From positions 1,024,001 to 1,088,000 of the forward strand of contig OZ240241.1 of the NCBI GenBank assembly GCA_965198115.1: a stretch of DNA of 64,000 bases, written 5' to 3'. A program made the position numbers and the translations under genes. This DNA is from Candidatus Latescibacterota bacterium (GTDB lineage: Bacteria > Latescibacterota > UBA2968). Shown piece after piece: positions 1-10,667 of this stretch (position 1 is its first letter; each line of letters opens with the position of its first letter). The notes beneath the pieces are model-generated. The model searched no databases. It saw nothing but the letters and a program-made list of their open reading frames with translations, and had not been told where the DNA came from.

Positions 1-3000
1 ACGGCCTCTCACTGAATTCTCAGATTATGCTGAGCCTGACCGCCGGCACCTACCTGATCGGCGTTTCTGCCTTCAGCGGGTCTGGCACCTACGTCCTCCA
101 GGTCATCGAGGACGTTCCCGCAGTGGTCAATTCGATTTCTCTGGGTGAAACGGCTACAGGGTTACTTTCGGCCGGTGGTGCAGTCGATCACTATGTCTTT
201 ACCCTCGGTCAATCCACGACCGTCTCGATCGACCTGATGTCCGAGGAATTCGACGCGACACTCGAGTTGCACGCGACGGATGACCCCAACGCGGTAGATT
301 TTCTCACGTTTGTCGCTTTTAACGATGACGGGGGCGAGGGGCTGAACAGGGATCCTGGGTGCGCTGGCGGCGGGTAGCTATCTGATTCTGGCATCGTCGC
401 TCGACACAGGGGGCGCCTACGACCTGACACTCGCCGAAACGACGATAGAAGTCGGGAGCATTGCCCTTGGCGAGACGGTGATGGGGAGCGTCGCCTCCCC
501 TTCGGACACCCGCTATTTCACGCTGGACCTTGCCGAGGAGGCGACGGTTGTGATCGACCTCGTCGGCGATGAGATCGATGCGTTTCTGACGCTCCACGCA
601 ACGGATGATCCGGCGACAGCCGACTTCACGACGGTGGTCGGCGTGGACGACGACGGCGGTGAAGGGCTCAACTCCAGAATCGTGCAGCCACTTGCCGCTG
701 GAACCTACCTCATCGCCGCCGGCACGATTGGTGGAGGGGGGGCCTTTACACTGAGCGTCCTGCCGGCAGATATCAACGTCTCGTCCATCGGCGTGGGCGA
801 GACGGCGACGGGTGCGTTGGCTTCGTCCTCATCTACAGACTACTACACGCTGACCCTGAGTGAGGCGACGCCCATCGCCATCGACCTGATATCCTCCGAA
901 TTCGACCCTTTGCTCGAGCTGTATGAGACGGACGATCCGGTGGATGCGGACTTTAGGACATTCCTGGCCGTCGATGACGACGGCGGTGGCGGCCTGAATT
1001 CGCGTATCACACGGGTTCTGCCGGCTGGAACCTACCTCATCGCAGCAAAGTCTTTTGGCGGATTCGGCGCGTATGATCTCACGGTCTCCGAGGAGACGTT
1101 CGAAACACTGGCGATCTCTGTCGGCGAATCGGCTCCAGGCACGCTTCCCACACCGGCCGACGTCAATTTCTACACGCTCACGCTTTCAAATGACCTGACT
1201 GTCGCGATCGACCTCAGATCCGAGGCGTTCGACGCTTTTCTCGAAGTGTTCGAAACAGACACGCCACTGGGGGCCGATTTTTCGACGCTCGTCGCATCCG
1301 ACGACGATGGTGGGTTCGGGTTCGATTCTCGGATCGTCCGCGCCCTGACTGCCGGGACCTACCTGGTGGGGGTCTCCGCCTTCAGCGGTGCCGGAGACTA
1401 TGTGCTGGAGGTTGCGGAGGAGGTCATCGAGGTCGACGCCATCGCCTTGGGCGAGTCTCGCTCGGGCACCCTCGAATCGTCGAGTGACACGCATTACTTC
1501 ACGCTCGACCTGCCCGAGGGCGCGGCGATCGCGATCGATGCGATTTCAGACGAGATGGATCCTTTTCTCGATCTTTTCGACACGGACAATCCGCTCGAGG
1601 CCAACTTTTTCACGCAGTTGTCCGCCGACGACGACGGTGGCGAGGGCCTCAATTCGAGGATCGAGGTGGCGCTCCCGCCTGGCATTTACCTTGTCGGTGT
1701 TTCGCCGATCGGTTCGGGCGGTGCCTATACCCTTTCCGTCTCTGAATTCGACATCGAGGTTGCCTCCATTTCGGTCGGCGAGTCGGTGACGGGTTCACTC
1801 TCCAGCTCCGAGGAGGTCCTCTATTTTGCGCTGAGAGTCGAGACGGCCGCAGCAGTGACGATCGATATGACGTCGGACGAGTTCGACACGTTCCTCCAGG
1901 TCTTCGACGCGGACAATCCTGCCGACGCGGGCTTCTTCAACCTTCTGGCCGAAGATGACGACGGCGGCGAAGGTCTGAACTCCAGGACGGCGTTGCCGCT
2001 GGCCCCAGGGACCTACCTGATCGCGGCTCAAGCTTTCGGGGGCGCGGGCGCCTTCAGTCTGAGCGTGACGGAAGAGGTCCAGCAACTCAGTTCTATCTCG
2101 GTGGGTGAGTCGCGGACGGGGGAACTACTCGCCGATCTGGATCGGGATTTCTACACGCTGACGCTGACCGACAAGACGACGGTGTCGATCAGCCTGACCT
2201 CCGACGCGTTCGACGCCTTCCTCGAGCTCTACGACGCGGACAACGCGCTGGCAGCCGATTCGTCGACGCTCCTGGCGGTGGACGATGATGGCGGCGAAGG
2301 GCTGAATTCACAGTTAATGTTTTCCCTGTCAGAGGGGACCTATCTGATCGGTGCCTTATCGTTCAGCGGCATCGGCGTCTATGATCTCTCGGTCACCGAA
2401 GCCGAGAGCGAGTTGCTGACGGTCGCGCTAGGGGGAACAGAGAGCGGGGAATTGTCTTCGCTCACGTCCGTTGACTTCTATCTGCTCTCGCTGGACGAGG
2501 GCACGAGCGTGGTCATCGATCTCACGTCGGACGCGTTCGACACCTTCCTCGAGCTCTACGCGGCTGACAATCTGTTCGACGCCACGGACGTCAATTTCAT
2601 CACGCTCGACGATGACGGCGGCGTGGACTTCAACTCGCAGATCCAGACGGCACTGGGTGCCGGTGCCTACGTCATCGCCGTGTCTTCCCTGGACGCGCCT
2701 GGCGGCTACACGCTGAGCGTGACTGGCGGGGGGTCCCTGCCCGTTACCCCGATCGCTCTGGGTGAGACAGCTTCGTCCTCACTGGTTTCCGAAACGGATG
2801 TGGCTTTCTTCACGTTCAGCCTCGACTCGGAAACCGCGGTGACGGTCGACCTCACGTCGGACGAATTCGACGCGTTCCTTGAACTCGCCCGGGGTGACAA
2901 TCCCTTCCAGGTGGATATCGATGACCTCCTGGCTCTGGATGACGATGGGGGCGAGGGCCTGAACTCCCGGATTGACCTCGCGTTGGAAGCGGGCACGTAT

Positions 3001-4526
3001 CTGCTCGCGGTGACCTCCTTCTCCGGCGCGGGGGCTTTTGACATCCAGCTCGTCGGTGGGACGAGCGCGGTCGGGCCGAATGCCCGTGCCTCGGTGACGC
3101 TCGATTTCGAGGCGTCCGGGTCTGTCAACCTGATCGACGATGCCGTCACCACCGGTTCCGTGACTGGCGGGGGGACGGAGATCGTTTTCGAGGTGTTCGT
3201 GAATCCGGTCGGTAGAAGCATATCGGGCGGCTCCTTCGCCCTCGAAATCGATGCGGACCTTCTCGAGCTGACCGATTTCAAGCCCGCGACGGGTCTGTCC
3301 GCTGAAATTCTCTCTGTTGCCGGCGATGTCCTGATTTCGAGCACGGAAGGTGGTGTGCTGCTCGATGAGGGCTTCTTCGGATCGGCCACGCTGACGACAC
3401 TCTCGGACGTGACCGGACGGCAGCTGGGAGTAGGGGTCCGGGAGTTCACGCTGACGGATGAAGCCACCGGGACAACGGATGAGATTCGCACGCGTGGCGG
3501 GCTGAGATTCAACGCCCTTTCTCCAACCACCGTGGTTTCGGGCGAAGGACCCGTCGGTCCGGTGGCCCTGGATCTCGATCTCGCTGCGGGGGACCAGGGT
3601 CAGAGGGCGTCATCGGGAAGACCCGCCATCGGTGACATCATCACGGTGGAACTGGCTGCGACCGAGGGCGCTCTTGCCGCAGTCGGTTTACTGGCTGAGC
3701 TCACCTTCGACGGAAAGGCGCTGACCTTCCAGAGCTTCGCCCCGGCCGATGTGTTCGAAGGGGCTCTGCTGATTCCGAAGGCTCAGGAGGGGTCGGTCGA
3801 GATCAACCTCGCGCTGATCGGGGGCAATGCCGCACCGGCCGACGCAGGGAGCATCGGGACGTTCACGTTCGAGGTTCAGGAAGGATTCACGGACAGCTCC
3901 GTCGTGCAGATTACGTCCGGCCGGTATGCGCGCTCCTCTGGACAGGAGGAAATGCAGATCGGTTCGGGGGGCGCGTTTGTCGTAATCGGCGGAGCGAGCG
4001 AGGCGGCGGCCGGTGAGGGGCCCGTTGGACCTATCGCGTTGGACGGTGATCCCGCAGCGGGCGACCAGGGGAGCAGGTCCCTGCCGGCGACGGCCGTGGG
4101 TGGCAACGTGACGATCGACCTCGTGGCCACGGAAGGTGCTCAGAACGCATCGGGTGCTCTGGTTACGTTCAGATACGACGACAAGGCTTTCTCGTTCGTG
4201 TCCTTCACGACTTCCGATATCTTCGCCGGTGCGCTCGTGATTCCCAAAACGTCGCCCGGGTCCGTCGAACTGAACATCGCCCTGACCGGGCAAACCAAGG
4301 TGGAAAACGACGCCGGTAGCATCGGGACCATCACGCTCAACGTGCTCGACGGATTCGAGGGAAGCAGTGCTGTTGAATTGACCCAGGGTTCCTTCGCCTT
4401 GCCGGAAGGGGTCTCACCCGTGACGATTGGTGCAGGCGGTGCGACGCTGGTCGTCGGAGGCGACGGTGCGGCACCGCTTACACCGGACTTCGACGGAGAT
4501 GGAACGGTTGGCTTCGCTGATTTCCT

Positions 4527-5944
4527 GGCTATATCCGGATCTCTCAACGAGATGAAGTGGGTGAAGGTGCCGTGGTTCCTGGCATGGGGGCGCGGTTAGC
4601 GTGTGCGGAACCTCTTCGGAATCTGCTCAGGGATGTTTATGTCTCCGACGGTAAGGAAGATCATATCGTTGAATGCGTCGAGTGTGCGGAATCCGCTGGC
4701 TCGGTTCTTGACGATTTGGACGATTCGGTTGAGGCCTTCGGCGATGGCGTTGGTAAGACGCGTGTTCACGAATGCGAGGACGCCGAAGAAGTGCTGTCGC
4801 AGGGTCCTGACGAACTTTCGCAGGGGTTCAAGTCGACTTCTGAGTGCGGACGTCGTCCAGCATTTCAGGAAGCGTTCGGCAGCCCAGGGCGCTTTGTATT
4901 CCCAGAACTGCTCGAACTCGTCCTTGAGTCTCCAGGCTCTATAGATTCGGTAGTTCGCCTTCTCCAGTGCTTTGAGATCCCCTCTGGAGCGTGTCGCTGA
5001 GTGCCGGTAGAGGAGCCATCGGAGGCCCTTCATGGCTTTGCGCTCATCCGGGGCAGCTTTACGCCACTGGTCCTTACGGACCTCGTCAACGGCGGCATTG
5101 AGAGCCTTGACGATGTGAAAGCGATCGAGGACCAGCTTGGCATTCGGACAGTGTTCCTGGATGGCTCCGATGTAAGCTTCAAGCTTCGCTCATGTCGCAG
5201 CAGGCCCACTCGATCTTGGATCTCCGGTAGGGACTGAGAGCCTCTGTGAAGAACCGATCGATCGTTTTACGCGCCCTGCCGCGGCCAACCCACACCACGC
5301 AGGAGCGGTCCAGATCGTAAACGAGCGTGGCGTACCTGTGACGCTTGGCGTAGGAGATCTCGTCGATCCCGATGGTTTTGAGCCCTCGGATACGATGACC
5401 TTCACGAAGCCGCGTGATGGATCGGTGAAGGAGATCCGACAGCGTCGAGGCAGAGATGCGCAGTAACTCGGACGCCGCCTTCTGCGTCATGGTCTGGCAG
5501 TAGCGCAGCATGGCATACTCGAAGCGATACGTCACCCGAGAGAACCGCTCCGCCCACGGAATCTCCTCGACCACACGACCGTGGGTAGGACACCGAATCT
5601 CCCGAGGATGGTAGAGAAGCCAGACCCTCCACCCGCACACCGGAATGTCACGCCACCGACGCGGATGGGGCATTGTGCGGACGATTTTACCTCGACGGCC
5701 GCACTCCGGACAACAACAACCATTCTTATGTGGCTTTACGGCGATGACGAAACAGCTTCTCCCCTCAAACCACCAGCTGACAACACGGAACCCCTTGAAT
5801 CTCAGCAGTTTCGATAGTAATCTGCTCCCGGTCATAGGTCGCACCCCCTTCGCTTTGATTGTCCTACACACACAACCAAGCGTAGGGAACGATCTATGAC
5901 CTTGTCATTCTATAGTTTCACCGTTGAGAAACCCGGATAGAGCC
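4527..5944 (-). mobile_element. ISL3-family insertion sequence, copy 1 (1418 bp, transposase frameshifted)
   Basis: IRs GGCTATATCCGGATCTCTCAACG / GGCTCTATCCGGGTTTCTCAACG; 8-bp TSD GATTTCCT (4519-4526, 5945-5952). Relative to copy 2 it has a 9-bp deletion near 4976 and a 7-bp duplication at 5174-5187. Confidence 0.95.
4596..5871 (-). pseudogene. ISL3 transposase, disrupted
   Basis: Zn-finger CPECG...CPTHG, IGIDE, CCDM and NAIAEGLN motifs split over two ORFs. Confidence 0.9.
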
Positions 5945-6105
5945 GATTTCCTGACTCTGGCCGGCAAATTCGGTTCGTCGGCCGGCGACGGTATCTACGA
6001 AGCCCGGGTCGACCTCGACGGAGACGGTTCCATCGGGTTCGGTGATTTCCTCGAACTCGCGGGGTCGTTCGGGTCCAGCTTTTAGTCAACGACTGGGAAA
6101 CTACA

Positions 6106-6147
6106 GCGGGCCTGCTTCGTCGGGAGACGGGGTGGGCCCGTTCTTTT
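6106..6147 (+). terminator. Probable intrinsic terminator between convergent genes
   Basis: GCGGGCCTGC...GTGGGCCCGT stem followed by TCTTTT. Confidence 0.55.
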
Positions 6148-6158
6148 GCTGATGTCGC

Positions 6159-7180
6159 TTACCAAATCGTCTGCAGCGCGGTACCCTCGATTAGGTTCTC
6201 GATGTGGGGCTGGAGCAGTGGGAAAAGTCCAACCCGGTCCTTTCTTCGATGTCGTCGATCGCCACGATGAATTCTGTCAAGGCACGGTCCTGATCGGGGA
6301 TCGAGAAGTCCAGGAGGGGAACACCCGGGCTGTGATCGCCCGTCTTTGTATGCGGTTGCTCGAAAACATAGCCCCGGGCCTGAAACCTCGCATCCGCATC
6401 GAACCAGCCAACGATTTTATAGGTTGCGTCGGGGATGCCGTGCCCGTTGACCCGAATGACATCCACAAAGTCGTCCTCTGGAGACTCGGTCGATGGATTG
6501 GTTTCGTTTCTGAAAATGGCGCCGCTGATGGTCCACACAGTTGTGATGTAGGCAGGTTCATTGAAAACGACCTTGACGACCGCGTTTTCGAGATCCCACC
6601 ACGCCCCGTGTGAATTGATGCTCCCGTGCTGGGGCACGGAGTTGCTCATCAGGCACCCCCAGACGGATCCGTCCCATCCCCACGCTCTATTTTGAACGTG
6701 CATCGCCAGGTGACCACGCTCCAGACGTGTCGTCCCCCACGCGTAGGAGTCTCCGCGATGCGTGTAGGTGGGGAGATCAGGATCCTCTTTCCACCTTCGA
6801 TCGAGCGTGTAGAGCCGATTCTTGTCGAAGTATTCATCCACTGACCAGCGTTGGCACTGCCACACGGGAGCACTCATCCGGTCGAAGTGCCCGAGCACGA
6901 AGGCCTCTCTGACCAGTACTGCTCGGCACCGATACCCTCTGGCGTGTAGTTATGACGAAGGTCGGTCAGTTCGGGCATCCCGAAAATGAAGTGGCGCGAC
7001 CTGACAGCGAAGCCCCTGTTCGTGTTATACGCGCCTACATCCATCTTGGCTCTCTCCAGGGCTTCGACCTCTTCGGAAAGCTCAACGTCTTCAGCCAGCT
7101 CCCTGTTTTCCTGATTGAAGGTGTTGGCAAAAATCGCCTGGGGAGACCAGCAGCGTCGTGACGAGAATGGAGAAAATCAC
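6159..7180 (-). CDS. Secreted DNA/RNA non-specific endonuclease (NucA/His-Me family), apparent frameshifts
   Basis: RGHLA catalytic motif, 'SNSVPQ...N...W..LE', 'IPDATYKIV', 'IEERTGLDF'; GGAGG RBS before GTG at 7180 and a hydrophobic N-terminus; the frame shifts 2-3 times. Confidence 0.8.
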
Positions 7181-7363
7181 GAAAACCTCCTCAGAAAAGC
7201 AGACGGGGACACCCGTCGGTGCCCCCTGAGTCCAGTCAAGAAAGACGGTTGGCCTACGGTGTCAAGCGTCCATCTCCTGACGTTGCGACCCGCTCGACAG
7301 AGGCAGGAGACCGGAGTACCTTCCTGGAACCAACTGAAGGCCTATCAATCGTGGAGCGACTCG

Positions 7364-8142
7364 ATGATGCGTGACCTGACAGACAAAGTCGCCTGGATTA
7401 CGGGTGGTGGCACGGGCATTGGCGAGGCTGGCGCGGAGTCGCTGTCAGAGCTGGGTATGAACATTGTCCTATCCGGACGCCGATCGGAGCCGCTTCAGAA
7501 AGTGGCTGACGCAATCGGTGATCGCGCCTCGGTTCAGCCGATGGACGTCGTGGACAAGGAGGCAGTGAACCGGGTGGCCGCGGAAATCATCAACCGTTTC
7601 GGTCGTTGTGACGTTCTGGTCAACAGTGCGGGGCTGAATGCGTCGAAGGACCGTCACTGGCACAACTTCAAGCTCGAAGGCTGGGACGAGGTGATCGACG
7701 TCGACCTGAACGGAGCGTTCTACTGCACCAAAGCCGTTCTGCAGGCGATGATCGAGCAAAGGGACGGGCTGATCATCAACATCTCCTCCTGGGCGGGAAA
7801 GTACACCAGTATGCTGACCGGCCCGCCTACAGTGCCGCCAAGCACGCGATGATTTCGATGACAGAAAGCTTCAATATGGAAAACGGGATTCACGGGGTTC
7901 GAGCGTGCGCGATCTGCCCGGGGGAGGTGAGTACGCCGATTCTGGACAACCGCCCGGTACCGGTTACCGCAGAAGATCGTGCTAAAATGGTCCAATCCGA
8001 GGACTGTGGAGAGATCATTGCGTTCATAGCACGTCTACCCGCGCACGTCTGCGTCAACGAACTAACCGTGAGCCCCACCTGGAACCGAAGCTTCGTCGCC
8101 CGCGCTCAGGCCCTCGCCGACGGCGACAGCGGCGTGCCGTGA
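7364..8142 (+). CDS. SDR family oxidoreductase (frameshift ~7825)
   Basis: TGGGTGIG, NSAG; YxxxK (YSAAK) is recovered across the frameshift. Confidence 0.85.
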
Positions 8143-8233
8143 CCAGCTTCAATTCTAGATCTGATTGCCGACCTTACCGTTTTCCGTCCACTGTCCACCG
8201 CCCACCGTCCACCAATTCATTTCCCGATCCGAG

Positions 8234-9145
8234 ATGCCAATGCCCTCTCCTACGCAAGTGCCGAAACAGCCCCCGTTACCATTCGTCTTCTCCCGTGAGC
8301 AGATGGTCCAATACACGAACCTGTATGAAGGAGACCGGTTCCCCGATGGCCGGCCGAGGGTGCCCGATGCCATCCTCGAACGTATGAAAAGGGTGACGTG
8401 CGAGCAGGCCTGGACCGTACTCAGAGAACACGGCTACGATTGCCAGTATCAGGGCAAATGGGTGATGACCCACCGGGATCCGGTTCTCGTCGGCAGAGCA
8501 GTGACCTGCAACTTCATTCCCTACAGACCGGATGTGGCGGATGTCGTCGTCGGGGCAGCAACCGAGCAGGGCCTCGAAGGCAGGGACAAGCATTGGGTGA
8601 TGGATGGGCTGGTGGAGGACGACGTGATGGTTGCCGACCTGCAGGACAAGCAGATCGGCGGCGGGTTCATCGGCGACAACCTGGCGAATCTGCTCAACGA
8701 GAGGACGGGAACGGGGTGTGTGGTTTGGGGTGGGACCCGTGATCTTGCCGGCGTGCTGGAGCTCGAGGACTTCGTCGTCTTCAATCGCAACTGGGATCCT
8801 TCGACGTCGAGCGCTTACGACCGAACGATGATCATCGGCTTCAACACGCCTATCTCCATCGGTCGGGCATCGGTGATGCCGGGCGATGTCGTGCTCGGCC
8901 TGCGCGAGGGCGTAGTGTTCGTTCCCGCTCACCTCGCGCTCGAGGTCGTCGAGACGTCCGAACTGATCGCGCTGAAGGATCTGTTTGGTTACGAGCGGCT
9001 GAAGGCAGGCATTTACACCGCCGGACAGATCGACGCGGCGTGGACCGACGAGATCACCGAAGACTTTCAAACCTGGGTGCGGCCAAAAATCGACACGCTG
9101 CCACCCGAACAGCAGGAGATGTTGCGAAGTCAATCGTGGTGGTAA
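8234..9145 (+). CDS. RraA/HMG-aldolase-like family protein
   Basis: 'GRAVT', 'GDNLA', 'GGTRD', 'VMPGDVVLG..EGVVFVP'. Confidence 0.85.
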   Translation: MPMPSPTQVPKQPPLPFVFSREQMVQYTNLYEGDRFPDGRPRVPDAILERMKRVTCEQAWTVLREHGYDCQYQGKWVMTHRDPVLVGRAVTCNFIPYRPDVADVVVGAATEQGLEGRDKHWVMDGLVEDDVMVADLQDKQIGGGFIGDNLANLLNERTGTGCVVWGGTRDLAGVLELEDFVVFNRNWDPSTSSAYDRTMIIGFNTPISIGRASVMPGDVVLGLREGVVFVPAHLALEVVETSELIALKDLFGYERLKAGIYTAGQIDAAWTDEITEDFQTWVRPKIDTLPPEQQEMLRSQSWW

Positions 9146-9242
9146 GCGGAGGGAGAAGTAAGAAGTAGAGAAGTGAGAAGGGGACATTGTCCCAGCGGCC
9201 CCACCAGAAGGCGAAATCTTCCCGCGGAGAGCTACCAGGGTT

Positions 9243-9291
9243 CCCAGCCCTGAAAGGGCGACATACATTAGCCCGGCGCGCCAGCCCCGGG
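9243..9291. repeat. REP-like double hairpin (GCCCTGAAAGGGC type)
   Basis: AGCCCTGAAAGGGCGACATACATTAGCCCGG...CCCGGGC, intergenic. Confidence 0.55.
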
Positions 9292-9477
9292 CATCAGACG
9301 TGGACAGCCACACGCCGCTGTTACACCAAACATCATCACAGAATCTGACCTCCTCGGCGCACGATCACGTACCCAGTTCGCGCACTCATTTGCAGAACGA
9401 TTCACCAGCCCGACATCGTCTACGCGCTGAGCCTTGCGTGTGTTCGATCCCGTTTTGCCGAGTTCGAGAGGCGAAAA

Positions 9478-10572
9478 CTACGTCGGCGTAGCCAGTGTCG
9501 GTAGCTCCGGCGTGAACTGGTAATCCGGATCTTCTTCTTGTCTCCGCTGAATCTCCGCAATATGAGTCCACGTCTCCCAAAGTCCGTTTGGACACCAAGG
9601 AAGGTCGTGCTTGATTCTCCGGTGGAGCTTGCCCAGACGGTAACACGGAACCGCCGCGTACATATGGTGTTCGATGTGATAATTCATGTGCCAATAAAGA
9701 AACTGGACGATCGGATTCAGGTAAATCGTTCGGGAGTTCAGCCTGAAGTCAGGAACGTTGTCCGTCAGGCCGACGTGCTGGGCCGAATTGCACATCGATT
9801 GCAACCATTTGCCGAATGTTTTTGGGAAAGTGACGACGAGAAGCGTGATCCAGTGTCCGTATGCGATAGCCGTTCCGGCGATGATCAGGTGTCCGATCAG
9901 GACGACGCGTTCCCAGCGCAGGTAAGCCTGGCGACGGGCCGAATCGCTTTCAGGCAGGATGGCCCGGGTCCAATCATCCTGCGGCAATCGACCGACGAAG
10001 TGCTGAAGCTTCCCCTTTAGAGTGTCGTAAGGATACTTGACGTTCACGATTCCGATCTTCCAAAAGCTGTCCAGTTTGATCGGGAACGGGAACACGACTT
10101 CCTGGTCGTCGGGAGGGTGGAGTGCGTATTTGTGATGCTCCGTGTGGCTCGCCCAGAAGTGATGGTGGTTGTGCCAGCCCAGGAAGGAAAAAACGCGCAG
10201 GAAGACGCGATTCAGCCAGCGGGGTCGAAAAACGGAGTCGTGAACCAGTTCGTGGAAGGCATTGACGGAAAATTGCCAGGTATGCCCGTTCACGAACACG
10301 AGCAAGACGGTCACGTACCAGGGCCAGTGATTCGAGCTGTAGATGGCGGCACCAGCTCCCAATGCCAGAAAGCCGAGGTATCCGACCGTTTGAATGAACC
10401 CGAGCAGATTGCTGCGTCTGTTGAACTGCGCCAGCTCCTCGCGGGATAGCGGGGAGCGATACCACTTCACCCGATTGGTTTGACGGGGTTCGTTATAGAC
10501 AGGCCCTTGTGTCAGGACCTCATCGTCCCTGAAAGTTTCTATCGCGTCGGTGGTATTCGATTCAGTGGACAT
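9478..10572 (-). CDS. Fatty acid desaturase family (MocD-like) membrane di-iron protein
   Basis: His boxes HELVH, HTEHH, HIEHH. Confidence 0.85.
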   Translation of the reverse strand: MSTESNTTDAIETFRDDEVLTQGPVYNEPRQTNRVKWYRSPLSREELAQFNRRSNLLGFIQTVGYLGFLALGAGAAIYSSNHWPWYVTVLLVFVNGHTWQFSVNAFHELVHDSVFRPRWLNRVFLRVFSFLGWHNHHHFWASHTEHHKYALHPPDDQEVVFPFPIKLDSFWKIGIVNVKYPYDTLKGKLQHFVGRLPQDDWTRAILPESDSARRQAYLRWERVVLIGHLIIAGTAIAYGHWITLLVVTFPKTFGKWLQSMCNSAQHVGLTDNVPDFRLNSRTIYLNPIVQFLYWHMNYHIEHHMYAAVPCYRLGKLHRRIKHDLPWCPNGLWETWTHIAEIQRRQEEDPDYQFTPELPTLATPT

Positions 10573-10667
10573 CGTGATTCTTACGTTCGTGGCGTTATAA
10601 TCGTCGAACCCGCTATTGGGGATGATAATTCATTTCAGGCGATGAGTCTGCAGGTTGCACGATGGTC

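Larger units (their letters stand above)
1..6085 (+). pseudogene. Giant surface protein (5' end outside window): >=9 complete ~109-aa PPC-like (pre-peptidase C-terminal) repeats, cohesin-like domains and a C-terminal EF-hand/dockerin-like module; interrupted by ISL3 at 4527
   Basis: Motif 'DDDGGEGLNSRI...L.AGTYLI' recurs every ~327 bp; two 'GPxALDxDxAAGDQG' domains follow. Removing the IS and one TSD restores ...PDFDGDGTVGFADFLTLAGKFGSSAGDGIYEARVDLDGDGSIGFGDFLELAGSFGSSF* (stop 6083-6085). There is also a frameshift near 350. Confidence 0.85.

Noticed and set aside
320-3060. Regular ~327-bp periodicity as a CRISPR or DGR-like array
   Set aside because: The repeats are in-frame protein domains with synonymous divergence; there are no spacers, cas genes or reverse transcriptase.
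4527-4599. Shared C-terminal peptide AISGSLNEMKWVKVPWFLAWGRG on two unrelated proteins as a sorting signal
   Set aside because: It is read-through into the ISL3 end.
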